Source: an uncultured Gammaproteobacteria bacterium (GTDB taxonomy: Bacteria; Pseudomonadota; Gammaproteobacteria; SZUA-140). From it: a stretch of 61,406 nucleotides of DNA. Below are positions 11,006-20,551 of this stretch, one piece after another (the stretch's first letter is position 1; the number at the start of each line of letters is the position of its first letter). Location: the NCBI GenBank assembly GCA_945787155.1, contig CALZHD010000034.1, forward strand, positions 1-61,406, read 5' to 3'. The notes beneath the pieces are model-generated. The model made no database searches, was not told the DNA's origin, and worked only from the letters and a program-made list of their open reading frames with translations. The translations under genes were made by a program, and so were the position numbers.

Positions 11006-12017
11006 AGACTCTCCCACTATTCATCAACCCTTTCGCGCCTTTCGTATTCATAACGATGCAGGGGTGATTCGCGCCGGCATTGAATCGATCATGCTCGATC
11101 AACTCACCCAGGGCGAAGTGGTGATCGAGGCCCACTATTCAAGCGTAAACTATAAAGACGCACTGGCGGGCAGTGGCCAGGGAAAGATACTGAAGCAGTA
11201 CCCGCTGGTTGGCGGCATCGATGTTGCTGGCGTTGTCGTCGAATCAAAGGATGAACAGTTCGATGTCGGTGACAAGGTACTGGTGACCGGCTGCGGTCTC
11301 AGTGAGACTTATGATGGCGGCTATGCGGAATATGTCCGCACACCGAGCCACTGCGTCATCCCGTTACCTCAAGGTTTAACCTTGCAACAGGCGATGGTGA
11401 TGGGCACCCCGGCACTGACAGCAGCGCTAGCCCTGCACCGCATGGAACAAAATGGACAATCGCCCGCACAAGGGCCAATCGCCATCACCGGCGGCAGTGG
11501 CGGCGTTGGCCAACTTGCCATCGATCTGTTTTCCAGACGAGGTTATGAGGTTGTCGCGGTCAGCGGCAAAGAAGCGCTGCATCCACATCTACTAAAACTC
11601 GGTGCCACACGCGTCATCCCCCCCACTGCACTCATGACGAAGCAACGCCCACTGGAGAAGGCCGTCTGGGGTGGGGCCGTTGATACCATCGGCGGTGAAC
11701 TACTGGCAGAACTCTGTCGCACTACACGTGAATGGGGCAACATCGCCAGCATCGGCCTTGCCGGTGGCCACGAACTCAATACCACTGTAATGCCCTTTAT
11801 CCTGCGCGGAGTCAGTATCCTCGGCATCAGCTCGACCAACTGCCCGTGTGAACTGCGACGCAAACTATGGCAACGCCTGGGAGAGGAGCTGCGTCCTGCC
11901 AATCTTGATTTGATTGCAGTCGAACCCATCACGCTTGAACAACTTGGTGAGATATTTCAGCAGCTGCTGAACGGCAAGAGTCGAGGACGGATAGTCGTCA
12001 CCATCAAGGGCGCTTAA
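10998..12017 (+). CDS. AcuI/YhdH-family enoyl-CoA (acryloyl-CoA) reductase, MDR superfamily
   Basis: YSSVNYKDALA, GGYAEY, TGGSGGVG, TTVMPFILRGV. Start is ATG 10998 or GTG 10992, overlapping the upstream stop. Confidence 0.9.
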   Translation: MSKDSPTIHQPFRAFRIHNDAGVIRAGIESIMLDQLTQGEVVIEAHYSSVNYKDALAGSGQGKILKQYPLVGGIDVAGVVVESKDEQFDVGDKVLVTGCGLSETYDGGYAEYVRTPSHCVIPLPQGLTLQQAMVMGTPALTAALALHRMEQNGQSPAQGPIAITGGSGGVGQLAIDLFSRRGYEVVAVSGKEALHPHLLKLGATRVIPPTALMTKQRPLEKAVWGGAVDTIGGELLAELCRTTREWGNIASIGLAGGHELNTTVMPFILRGVSILGISSTNCPCELRRKLWQRLGEELRPANLDLIAVEPITLEQLGEIFQQLLNGKSRGRIVVTIKGA

Positions 12018-12060
12018 CTTTCCCCTCGGCTAAAGCCTTTGCCAGCCAGGTTGAGCCGAT

Positions 12061-13968
12061 TCATACCGGGTCTATGATTGGCGGCAGCGGACAACCCAGT
12101 GAATCTGCAAAAGCACGCAGCAATTCTGTTTCATTCGATGAGACATGGCCATCGGAAGTAATACAGGCGACACAGGCCTTCAGCAATAGTTGTTTACTGG
12201 AGGGTTTAATGTTCGCCAGTGTTGTAATCGCCTTATCGAGGGCACTTAGTTTGATCGCACTTTTGGGGAAAAGACTCATGCCCTGCAAACCGAGGACTAA
12301 CTGTGCGGTACTGAAGGCTGTCTGCGCATCCAGTGGCGCGGCCTTTTCGCTATGGATCAACACCGACAGCAGCAGTGCACACGCGGGCTTCTGTTGCTCC
12401 AGCGTGGTTTGACGGGCGAACATATGCTGTCCTTTGCCAAAATGGTCGCCGAGATAGTGCCAGGTGATCTTATTCAGCGACCATTCAAACAGGCTCATCT
12501 TGTCGTCGGCGGCGATCAACGCCTTGAGGATCAATTGAAAACGGAGGTACTGATCGGAAGAGAGCTGACGCAGTACCGGCAGCGCGATATCGATCAGCGG
12601 CAGACGATAGTGGGCGGGCAGATCATCGATCAACGGCAGCAGCTGTTGCACCAGCGCGTGAATGCCCACATCGCCCTGCTGTGCAATCAGCTTTAACTGC
12701 TGCTCGCGGTAGTGCTCCTGCTTGTTGATCACCAGACAATAGATGATCGCCCGTGCACCAAACGGCTCATGGACGGCTGCAGTTAACGTTTCCGGCAGTG
12801 TCTTAATGAGATCGCGCGCATAGTCGATGTGCGCCTCCCCGGGCTGACCGTAGTGATTGATCGCGTCAACCACCACCGCGGAGGCGACGGCAGTTGCGGC
12901 TGCCATCTTCTCCTGTGATCCAGCCTTCTGCGATACAGCTGCAGCCGGCTCTTCTGTTACAGGCGATGCAATCAGCGGGTAGACACCATCCCATGATGGA
13001 TCAACCCGCCTTATCCGCTCCTCAAGTGGCGGATGGGTGCTAAACATCGAGGTGAAAAAGCTGCTAATGCCGGTGGCAAAATAAGCGTGACTCATCTCCG
13101 GTGCAACAGGTGAATTGAGCGCCGAACCAAATGGCGCGGCACCGATCTTTTTCAGCGCGCCGGCAATACTCGCGGGGTTACGGGTAAACTGTACCGCCGA
13201 AGCATCGGCGAGATACTCCCGCTGTCGATTGATCGTGGCCTTGATCAGGTTGCCGAAAAAGGTACCGGCAAAGCCGACGGCCATAATGCCGAGACCGAGC
13301 ATCGCCACCGAACCTCCGTTACGGCTGCGCCCACCGCCACGCATCAGATAATAGCCGATATCCCCCAGCAGCAGGATGCCATTCAACACCCCGATCAGGC
13401 GGATATTCAGCCGCATGTCGCCATTAAGGATATGACTGAATTCGTGCGCGATGACCCCTTGCAGCTCCTCTCTGGAGAGTTTGATGGCGCTGCCCTGGGT
13501 GATACCGATGACGGCATCACTGGGCGAAAAACCGGCGGCAAAGGCGTTGATGCCGAGTTCACCCTTCAATAAATAGACGGGAGGAACGGGCGTTCCCGAG
13601 GCGACCGCCATCTCCTCCACCACGTTGAGGACACGACGCATATCGGGATCACTGCTGTTGGTATTGACCAGATTGCCCCCCAGCATCTCGGCCACCACAT
13701 GGCCACCGCCGGACAACTGCAAAATCTTGTAGAAGCTTCCGAGCAGGATCACTACGCTTACGCCGCCACCGACCATGAAGAAGATGTCCCAGTCGAACCC
13801 TTCACTCAGTTCTGCAAGGCTTGCGGTTGAACCGTGGTCGACGAACCCCAGCGTGGCGATCACCATCACATTGGTGATCACCACCAGTGCGATAATAGCG
13901 AGCATAAACAGGATGACCAGCCAGCCGGTGTTACGCCGCGCCTGATCCTGGGCCTGAAAGAAATCCAT
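12061..13968 (-). CDS. M48-family (HtpX-like) membrane zinc metalloprotease with extended C-terminal domain
   Basis: MDFFQAQDQARR start, INAFAAG, AHEFSH (HExxH), RQREYLADASA, STHPPLEERI. Confidence 0.92.
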   Translation of the reverse strand: MDFFQAQDQARRNTGWLVILFMLAIIALVVITNVMVIATLGFVDHGSTASLAELSEGFDWDIFFMVGGGVSVVILLGSFYKILQLSGGGHVVAEMLGGNLVNTNSSDPDMRRVLNVVEEMAVASGTPVPPVYLLKGELGINAFAAGFSPSDAVIGITQGSAIKLSREELQGVIAHEFSHILNGDMRLNIRLIGVLNGILLLGDIGYYLMRGGGRSRNGGSVAMLGLGIMAVGFAGTFFGNLIKATINRQREYLADASAVQFTRNPASIAGALKKIGAAPFGSALNSPVAPEMSHAYFATGISSFFTSMFSTHPPLEERIRRVDPSWDGVYPLIASPVTEEPAAAVSQKAGSQEKMAAATAVASAVVVDAINHYGQPGEAHIDYARDLIKTLPETLTAAVHEPFGARAIIYCLVINKQEHYREQQLKLIAQQGDVGIHALVQQLLPLIDDLPAHYRLPLIDIALPVLRQLSSDQYLRFQLILKALIAADDKMSLFEWSLNKITWHYLGDHFGKGQHMFARQTTLEQQKPACALLLSVLIHSEKAAPLDAQTAFSTAQLVLGLQGMSLFPKSAIKLSALDKAITTLANIKPSSKQLLLKACVACITSDGHVSSNETELLRAFADSLGCPLPPIIDPV

Positions 13969-13992
13969 GCGAGTCTGCAGTGATGCCTGACT

Positions 13993-14589
13993 TTAGAATG
14001 ACACCTTCGGCGCCTGCTGGATCTCGGCGCTATCTTCGAACTCCAGCAGTTCGGCGTCTTTGCTATGGCCGAACATGCTGGCGAAGAGCAGCTGCGGAAA
14101 GGACTGCTTATAGGTGTTATAGGCCATCACCTGATCATTAAAGGCCTGGCGTGAAAAGGCGACCTTGTTTTCAGTGCTGGTGAGTTCTTCGCTGAGCTGC
14201 ATCATGTTCTGGTTGGCCTTGAGATCTGGATAGTCTTCCATCACAATCCGGAGTTTTCCCAGTGCACTGGCCAGCACCTCTTCCGACCCGGCCAGCGCTC
14301 GGATGGCATCGCCATTAGCAGGATCTGCCGCTGCATCCGGCAGCGCATTCACCGCATCATTACGCGCGGTAATGACAGCCTCGAGCGTTTCGCGTTCATG
14401 CTTAAGATAACCCTTTGCTGTTTCGATCAGGTTGGGGATCAGATCGTAACGTCGTTTTAACTGCACCTCGATCTGTGCAAAGGCGTTCATAAAACGATTT
14501 TTCAACATCACCAGCTTGTTAAAGATCGCGATGATGTAGATCACGATCGCCGCCAGGATGACTAGAAAGACGATGGTCGAAGTGGTCAT
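13993..14589 (-). CDS. lemA: LemA family protein
   Basis: N-terminal TM segment, QLKRRYDLIPNL, HERETL, YPDLKAN, TENKVAFSRQ, PKVSF. Confidence 0.95.
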   Translation of the reverse strand: MTTSTIVFLVILAAIVIYIIAIFNKLVMLKNRFMNAFAQIEVQLKRRYDLIPNLIETAKGYLKHERETLEAVITARNDAVNALPDAAADPANGDAIRALAGSEEVLASALGKLRIVMEDYPDLKANQNMMQLSEELTSTENKVAFSRQAFNDQVMAYNTYKQSFPQLLFASMFGHSKDAELLEFEDSAEIQQAPKVSF

Positions 14590-14610
14590 TGTGACTCCTT
14601 AATTAGTAAT

Positions 14611-15690
14611 TTATATTTCGAGTTCTAGCGCTTCTTCTTCAGGCTGTTTCCTGAGCCGCGATCGTAATAATGCGGCGCCGGCAAGGGTAAATGCAATCCC
14701 TACCGTCCCCAGCAACAGCGGTGCGAACCAGTTCATCCAGCCGCTGTCGATGATGGCTTCGTGGTGATCGTCAGGGGAGTAGAGCACGGTGACTCGGTCG
14801 CCGATCTGATAAGAGGGATGACTGGAGCCGATGTCATGCTTGAAGGTGATCGAGCCTTGTATGTCGGAAGGGGTGTAGTTCACCTTCGGGTAATAGGTAG
14901 TCGTGGTTCTGCCATCAGAGGTCGACGTGGTGCGCTCAAAGGAGACTACCTTGCCGTGGGTAGTCTGCGCGCTCTGTAAAAAAGCCGCCCGCTTCTGTGC
15001 CATGTCGCCACCACCCATCGAGACACCGATGCCCAGCAGCAGGACGATCACACCGACCCAGGCCGGAACCGGCTTACCGGCCTTTCTGCGCGCCAGGGTT
15101 TTGTTGTCCGAAATAATATTGCGCCCTGTCGGTTGGCTATGGTGCGTCGAGTGCAAACGGCCCGAATCCTGTTGCGCCTGTTGGGCCGCTTTTTTCAAAT
15201 CCTGTAGCGAGCCTATCTTGTGCTGGCGTAGTCTCAGTGCAATCTGAATCATTATCATCAGAGTCACCACGCCTACGGCGACAAAAGAAAAAAGGGTCGC
15301 TTCAAAGACAAAGAAGAATCCGATACTGCACCCCATGCCAATGACAAAAAAGAGCGTACCGAGGATCGTAGTCATATTCGAATCGAGTCGTGCATCACTC
15401 GGATCTTCGGGTGAGATTAGAACGGGGACCTCCTCGCCGATCGCGTACTTTGTGCTGCTACTGCTGACACGGGCGGTAAACTCATGATCCTCTCCGCCAT
15501 AACGATATTGAATGATCGGCGCATAAGTCTCCTGTGAGCGCGAGTTCCGCGAATGTGAACGTCTCGCTTTATAGCCAGTGACAATACCGCTAATGGTAAT
15601 CGCCATCGTGCGAAACTGGCGAAAGTCCCATACTAGATAACCACCCACGACGGCAACCAGCAGCCCCACGATAAGCATTATGATTTCCAT
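14611..15690 (-). CDS. Membrane protein with two DUF3592-like domains
   Basis: Two units of TM - G.V - Y.P.(I/V).Y - Y.IG..V.VL.SP.D...A..DS - TM. Confidence 0.75.
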   Translation of the reverse strand: MEIIMLIVGLLVAVVGGYLVWDFRQFRTMAITISGIVTGYKARRSHSRNSRSQETYAPIIQYRYGGEDHEFTARVSSSSTKYAIGEEVPVLISPEDPSDARLDSNMTTILGTLFFVIGMGCSIGFFFVFEATLFSFVAVGVVTLMIMIQIALRLRQHKIGSLQDLKKAAQQAQQDSGRLHSTHHSQPTGRNIISDNKTLARRKAGKPVPAWVGVIVLLLGIGVSMGGGDMAQKRAAFLQSAQTTHGKVVSFERTTSTSDGRTTTTYYPKVNYTPSDIQGSITFKHDIGSSHPSYQIGDRVTVLYSPDDHHEAIIDSGWMNWFAPLLLGTVGIAFTLAGAALLRSRLRKQPEEEALELEI

Positions 15691-15740
15691 CTATCCTAGA
15701 AAACCCCTGATTGCATGAGATAAAAAATAGATTGCCCCTA

Positions 15741-15767
15741 TTGTCGGCAGTAATTAACACCTCTTTA
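15741..15767 (-). promoter_or_regulatory. sigma28 (FliA)-like promoter for the DUF3592-lemA-M48 operon
   Basis: Minus strand TAAA-N15-GCCGACAA (consensus TAAA-N15-GCCGATAA), 50 bp upstream of the ATG. Confidence 0.6.
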
Positions 15768-16001
15768 AGGGAGATATCGATAACACAGCGCACCTACCAG
15801 AAGTGTTACTGACATAAATGATATTTCTGCTGAATCCGCCACCTCAATTACGCTGTAACCGAGTCAATCCCAGTAAACCATAGGTCTTGATTAGCTCAGA
15901 TCACTAATCATCAGACTCACACGTAGATAGTTTTCTTATTTTTATTAATAAAATCAATGCTATTTATAATTTTAAACAGCCTTCCTCTCTTTAAATACAT
16001 T

Positions 16002-16028
16002 TAAAGTATGGTGAATAAAACCCGTTAC
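16002..16028 (+). promoter_or_regulatory. sigma28-like promoter upstream of mshE
   Basis: TAAA-GTATGGTGAATAAAA(15)-CCCGTTAC. Confidence 0.4.
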
Positions 16029-16125
16029 AAACTGTAGAGACATTAATTCAAACTAAATTTTTGCCAGCACACGCGAAATTTTACATAGGAATTAAAGGCG
16101 ATATTCGCACAGAAAGGACTTACAG

Positions 16126-17832
16126 ATGGCGATAGAACGCCCAAAAAAAATACGCTTAGGTGACTTACTCGTTGAGCAAAAAGCCATCACGGAAGAGCAG
16201 CTCATGGCAGCCCTCGACGCTCAGAAGAGTACTGGTAACAAACTCGGACGTGAACTGATTGAAAGTGGCTATCTCACCGAAGATCAGCTACTTGGCATCC
16301 TGGCAGAACAGCTCAATATTGAATTTATTGATATTCGTAACTACTCCATCGATCCTGAAACAATCAAGAGGATCCCGGAAGTTCAGGCGCGTCGCTTTCG
16401 CGTTATCGTCCTTGCGGAAGAACCCGACCATGTCCTGATCGGCATGGCCGATCCCACCAACATCTTCGCCTATGATGAACTCTCCCTATTGATCGGAAAG
16501 CCATTGAAGCTGGCAGTGGTTAAAGAAGATGATTTACTTAAGGCCATTGACTCTATATATCGCCGTACAGCAGAAATCAGCAATTTCGCAGCCGAACTGG
16601 GTCAACAGATATCAGCAGGCGAAAGTACAACCACAGATCGAACCATTAATGAAGGCGTGGCAGATGCCCCCGTTGTCAAGTTATTACAAACGATGCTGGA
16701 AGATGCGGTTCAGGTAAACGCATCAGACATTCATATTGAGCCTGATATCAGTGAGCTACGCATTCGCTTCCGCATAGATGGAACGTTACGCGTTCAAACC
16801 ACCACCGACCATCGTATCGCTGGCGCACTTATTTCACGATTGAAGCTGATGTCAGGCCTCGATATTTCAGAAAAACGGATCCCTCAGGATGGGCGCTTTC
16901 ACCTTGATGTACGGGGCCATCAAATTGATGTGCGTTTATCCACACTGCCATTGCCTGACGGCGAATCTGCGGTGATGCGCTTACTGAATCAATCTGCTGG
17001 ATTTCTAGGTGTCGATCAGCTTGGCATGCCAGTAGAGATGGCACAGAAGGTTAGAAAGGTGGCGCATAGCCCTCATGGCTTAATGTTGGTTACCGGCCCC
17101 ACTGGCAGTGGTAAAACAACAACACTCTACGCTTTACTAGGTGAATTAAATAACCCGGAAGTCAAGATCATCACTGTTGAAGACCCGGTTGAATATCGCT
17201 TAAACGGGGTAAATCAGGTTCAGGTTAACCCCAAAGTTGAATTGACTTTCAGTAAGGTGCTGCGCTCCGTACTGCGACAGGATCCAGATGTAGTACTAAT
17301 CGGCGAAATGCGCGACAAAGAGACGATAGAGATCGGCCTGCGCGCATCAATGACAGGGCACTTTGTGATGTCCACGCTACATACCAACGATGCCATCTCC
17401 AGTGCATTGCGCCTGATTGATATGGGCGCCGAGCCTTATCTGATTGCGGGTGCCTTGCGAGGAATCCTGGCCCAGCGGCTGATTCGACGAATATGCGCCA
17501 GCTGTGCTGCGACTGACACATTAGATACCGCCACAAAACTCATGCTCGAAGACATGGGAGATGAAGTGGATGGTATTACCTTCAAACGGGGCAATGGCTG
17601 CCGAAACTGTAACAACACCGGCTATCAGGGACGCATAGGCATCTACGAATTTCTTGAGATGGATGCCGAGCTGATTGAAACTCTCCACAATGGAGCGCTA
17701 ATGGATTTCTCCAGAATGGCTAAATCTCGCCCCGAATTTAAACCATTAAAACAATCCGCCTTCGAGCTTGCAGTTAAGGGGATAACCACCATCGATGAAG
17801 TGGTTAAAGTTGGCTACGGTATGGAAATGTAA
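16126..17832 (+). CDS. mshE: MSHA pilus assembly ATPase with MshEN c-di-GMP-binding domain
   Basis: RLGDLLVEQKAITEEQLMAALDAQ...LGRELIESGYLTEDQL (tandem MshEN motif), Walker A GPTGSGKT, LRQDPDVVLIGE, CxxC pairs. Confidence 0.92.
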   Translation: MAIERPKKIRLGDLLVEQKAITEEQLMAALDAQKSTGNKLGRELIESGYLTEDQLLGILAEQLNIEFIDIRNYSIDPETIKRIPEVQARRFRVIVLAEEPDHVLIGMADPTNIFAYDELSLLIGKPLKLAVVKEDDLLKAIDSIYRRTAEISNFAAELGQQISAGESTTTDRTINEGVADAPVVKLLQTMLEDAVQVNASDIHIEPDISELRIRFRIDGTLRVQTTTDHRIAGALISRLKLMSGLDISEKRIPQDGRFHLDVRGHQIDVRLSTLPLPDGESAVMRLLNQSAGFLGVDQLGMPVEMAQKVRKVAHSPHGLMLVTGPTGSGKTTTLYALLGELNNPEVKIITVEDPVEYRLNGVNQVQVNPKVELTFSKVLRSVLRQDPDVVLIGEMRDKETIEIGLRASMTGHFVMSTLHTNDAISSALRLIDMGAEPYLIAGALRGILAQRLIRRICASCAATDTLDTATKLMLEDMGDEVDGITFKRGNGCRNCNNTGYQGRIGIYEFLEMDAELIETLHNGALMDFSRMAKSRPEFKPLKQSAFELAVKGITTIDEVVKVGYGMEM

Positions 17833-17835
17833 ACC

Positions 17836-19062
17836 ATGAGTATCTTTAAATACGAGGGCCGAGACCAACAAGGCCAACTGATCACTGGGCAACTCGAGGC
17901 CGATTCAGAGGATGCCGTTGCCAGCCATCTGCTCGGCACAAACATTACCCCCGTAAGTATTTTGACGCATCATGAAAAACATCAACATGGTGCCGCGATG
18001 CAACGCCAACTGACAAAAAAAGCGGTTCCACTAGTGGATTTAATCTTTTTTTCACGACAGATGTACACCCTGATGCGTGCCGGTGTGCCGATTCTCGAAG
18101 CGTTACAGGGACTGCGCGAATCGACCCCCAGCGATAGACTGGCTGCTGTCATCGGTGAACTGCGCGAAAGCCTTGATGCAGGTGAAGATTTGAGTACAGC
18201 GATGGGGCATCACCCTGAGGTGTTTTTGAGCCTATATGTAAGTATCGTTGAAATCGGTGAAACCAGCGGCACCCTGCCAGAAAGTTTTTTGAAACTCGTT
18301 AAATACCTGGAGCTTGAACGAGAAACGCGCGAACGGATTAAATCCGCCATGCGCTACCCAATTATCGTCATTATTGCCATTGCCGCGGCGATGTTAATCA
18401 TCAACATATTTGTCATTCCAGCGTTTGCCAGTGTATTCAACAAATTCGGCGCTGATCTGCCGTTGCCAACGCAAATCCTGATTGCCACCTCCAGTTTCAC
18501 CGTCAACTACTGGTATGTGATTGTCGCATTCATTGTCGCGCTCCCCTTTGCAATACGCTTTTATCTCTCCAAAGAAGCGGGACGTTTAAAGTGGGATCGC
18601 ATCAAACTGAAACTGCCGATTATTGGTAGCATCCTCTACCGCGCCACCATGGGCCGTTTTGCACTCGCGATGGCGATTTGCGTCAAGTCCGGGGTGCCAT
18701 GGGGGCAGGCAATGTTAGTGGTCAGTAAGGCGGTCGATAACGCCTATGTCCGTGGTCATGTCCTGGAAATGCGTGATGCGATTGAGCGCGGTACGACCAT
18801 CACCCAGGCAGCAACCGTCTCCAACCTGTTCCCTTCAATCGTGTTGCAGATGATCCGGGTGGGTGAACAGACCGGTTCGCTCGACAATTTGCTCTCAGAA
18901 GTCGCTGAATATTACGAGCGCGAAGTCGAGTATCAGCTTAAAAACCTTGCTGCCTCTATTGAGCCCATCCTGTTGGCCTGTGTTGGCGTCATGGTATTGA
19001 TACTGGCATTAGGGGTATTTTTACCCATGTGGGACCTTGCTGACGCCGCACTGGGCCATTAA
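17836..19062 (+). CDS. mshG: MSHA inner-membrane platform protein (T2SSF/PilC family)
   Basis: FSRQMYTLMRAGVP, GETSGTL, IEPILL, LGVFLPMWD. Confidence 0.92.
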   Translation: MSIFKYEGRDQQGQLITGQLEADSEDAVASHLLGTNITPVSILTHHEKHQHGAAMQRQLTKKAVPLVDLIFFSRQMYTLMRAGVPILEALQGLRESTPSDRLAAVIGELRESLDAGEDLSTAMGHHPEVFLSLYVSIVEIGETSGTLPESFLKLVKYLELERETRERIKSAMRYPIIVIIAIAAAMLIINIFVIPAFASVFNKFGADLPLPTQILIATSSFTVNYWYVIVAFIVALPFAIRFYLSKEAGRLKWDRIKLKLPIIGSILYRATMGRFALAMAICVKSGVPWGQAMLVVSKAVDNAYVRGHVLEMRDAIERGTTITQAATVSNLFPSIVLQMIRVGEQTGSLDNLLSEVAEYYEREVEYQLKNLAASIEPILLACVGVMVLILALGVFLPMWDLADAALGH

Positions 19063-19091
19063 CCACATACTTAGTAAAATAATTTTTCCAC

Positions 19092-19119
19092 TAAAGTTTT
19101 ACAACAAAACAAACGATAT
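19092..19119 (+). promoter_or_regulatory. sigma28-like promoter upstream of the major pilin
   Basis: TAAAGTTT-N12-AACGATAT; the spacer is one base longer than canonical. Confidence 0.4.
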
Positions 19120-19207
19120 AGTCATTAATGAATTAGAAAGCTAAATGGCTATTACGCCTAATAAATCATAGATGCGTATCACAAATATTATTAAATGAGG
19201 ATTTAGT

Positions 19208-19615
19208 ATGAACAATCAAAAAGGTTTTACATTGATCGAGTTGGTAATGGTAATTGTAATATTAGGTCTTCTCAGCGCGGTTGCCGTACCAAAATTTGTT
19301 GACCTTTCTGATAAGGCCGAAGACGCCGCAATAAAGGGCGTGGCTGGCGGTCTCAGCTCAGCAACAACCATTAACTTTGCTAATGAAAAAACGAATGCCA
19401 ACGGCACGGGAACGACCGTAACTGATTGCCAACATGTAGCGGCATTAGTGGAAGGCGGAGACGGGGTAACGGGCGTACCTGCAGCCGGTTATACCATTGG
19501 CACCCTGACCATTGGCCTTGCAGCCGAAGGCGATTCAATCAGTAATTGCGTGCTAACGCATACAGCCTCGGGCAAAACAGAAAACTTCTCTGCAATCCGT
19601 GTGGATGCACTATAA
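19208..19615 (+). CDS. mshA: MSHA-type major pilin
   Basis: QKG^FTLIELVMVIVILGLLSAVAVPKF prepilin site, two Cys, strong RBS, own upstream intergenic region and a downstream hairpin. Confidence 0.85.
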   Translation: MNNQKGFTLIELVMVIVILGLLSAVAVPKFVDLSDKAEDAAIKGVAGGLSSATTINFANEKTNANGTGTTVTDCQHVAALVEGGDGVTGVPAAGYTIGTLTIGLAAEGDSISNCVLTHTASGKTENFSAIRVDAL

Positions 19616-19624
19616 CATAGCGAC

Positions 19625-19658
19625 AATCGATGCCTGTATCTAGATACAGGCATCGATT
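19625..19658. terminator. Perfect 34-bp palindrome after the pilin gene (mRNA stabiliser or partial terminator)
   Basis: AATCGATGCCTGTATCTAGATACAGGCATCGATT equals its own reverse complement. Confidence 0.7.
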
Positions 19659-19682
19659 TACTACCTCTCTGAGTGAACGGTT

Positions 19683-20153
19683 ATGACCAGGAAGGTTCGC
19701 GGGTTTACTCTGATAGAACTGGTTTTAGTACTGCTCATCGTATCGATTATATCCACTTATGCCATCATTCGATTTCCCGGCGACGGCATTAACCTTTCTG
19801 CACAAGCAGACCAGATCGTCTCCGATATCCGTCACACCCAGAGTCTGGCCATTAATCGTGGTCAACGCTACCGTATCAACTTCAATAGCGACCGCTACTG
19901 GATCAGCAACATAGATAACACAACCCCTTACACCCACCCTGCCAGCGGCACATCGACCATCATGTTAGATAGCGGCATTGCGCTCACCACCACTCATGGA
20001 TTTTTAGTATTTGACGGCGAAGGCACCCCCTACACCAACGGAATCATTCCCGGCACCGCACTCGCTGCGGATGCGGTGGTGACGCTGTCAGAATCTAGCG
20101 AAAGCCGTACCATTCGCATCACCGCGGAAACCGGACGGGTGATCAAGCCATGA
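19683..20153 (+). CDS. mshC: Minor pilin, MshC/FimT-like
   Basis: RG^FTLIEL, DIRHTQSLA, FDGEGTP, ITAETG. Confidence 0.75.
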   Translation: MTRKVRGFTLIELVLVLLIVSIISTYAIIRFPGDGINLSAQADQIVSDIRHTQSLAINRGQRYRINFNSDRYWISNIDNTTPYTHPASGTSTIMLDSGIALTTTHGFLVFDGEGTPYTNGIIPGTALAADAVVTLSESSESRTIRITAETGRVIKP

Positions 20154-20551
20154 ACCTATTACGTCAACAGGGTTTTTCGTTGATTGAACTGATCATCTTT
20201 ATCCTCGTGGTAAGCATCCTCTCGACCGCTCTGTTCTCGGTCTTTTCCACTGCGCTGCGCGGCCCTGCACAGGTCAGCGGTTCTATTCAGGCGATGCAGT
20301 TGGCCGTCGAACGCATGGAACTGATCCTGCCACAACGTAAAGCACTGGGCTTTGTAGCGTTTGCCACTCCTGCGGCTGATCCCTGTCAGCAGGGGTCTAC
20401 TCAACTCGTGTGTACCACTATTCCAGCTGGCTTTACTGTCACGCCAGATATCGTGCCCAACTGGGGCGGTGATAACAATTATAAAGTCGTCACCGTCAGT
20501 GTCACCGGCACAGCGACCGCCACGCTGACCGCGCTGGTGGCGGATTATTAA
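20150..20551 (+). CDS. mshD: Minor pilin, MshD-like
   Basis: QG^FSLIELIIFILVV, YKVVTVSV, C-terminal ADY; ATGA overlap with the previous gene. Confidence 0.75.
   Translation: MNLLRQQGFSLIELIIFILVVSILSTALFSVFSTALRGPAQVSGSIQAMQLAVERMELILPQRKALGFVAFATPAADPCQQGSTQLVCTTIPAGFTVTPDIVPNWGGDNNYKVVTVSVTGTATATLTALVADY

Noticed and set aside
15800-16125. c-di-GMP riboswitch upstream of mshE
   Set aside because: I could not find the GNRA tetraloop/receptor architecture; the region is simply AT-rich.
19208-19615. Electrically conductive pilin
   Set aside because: It is a full-length MSHA-type pilin with few, widely spaced aromatic residues.
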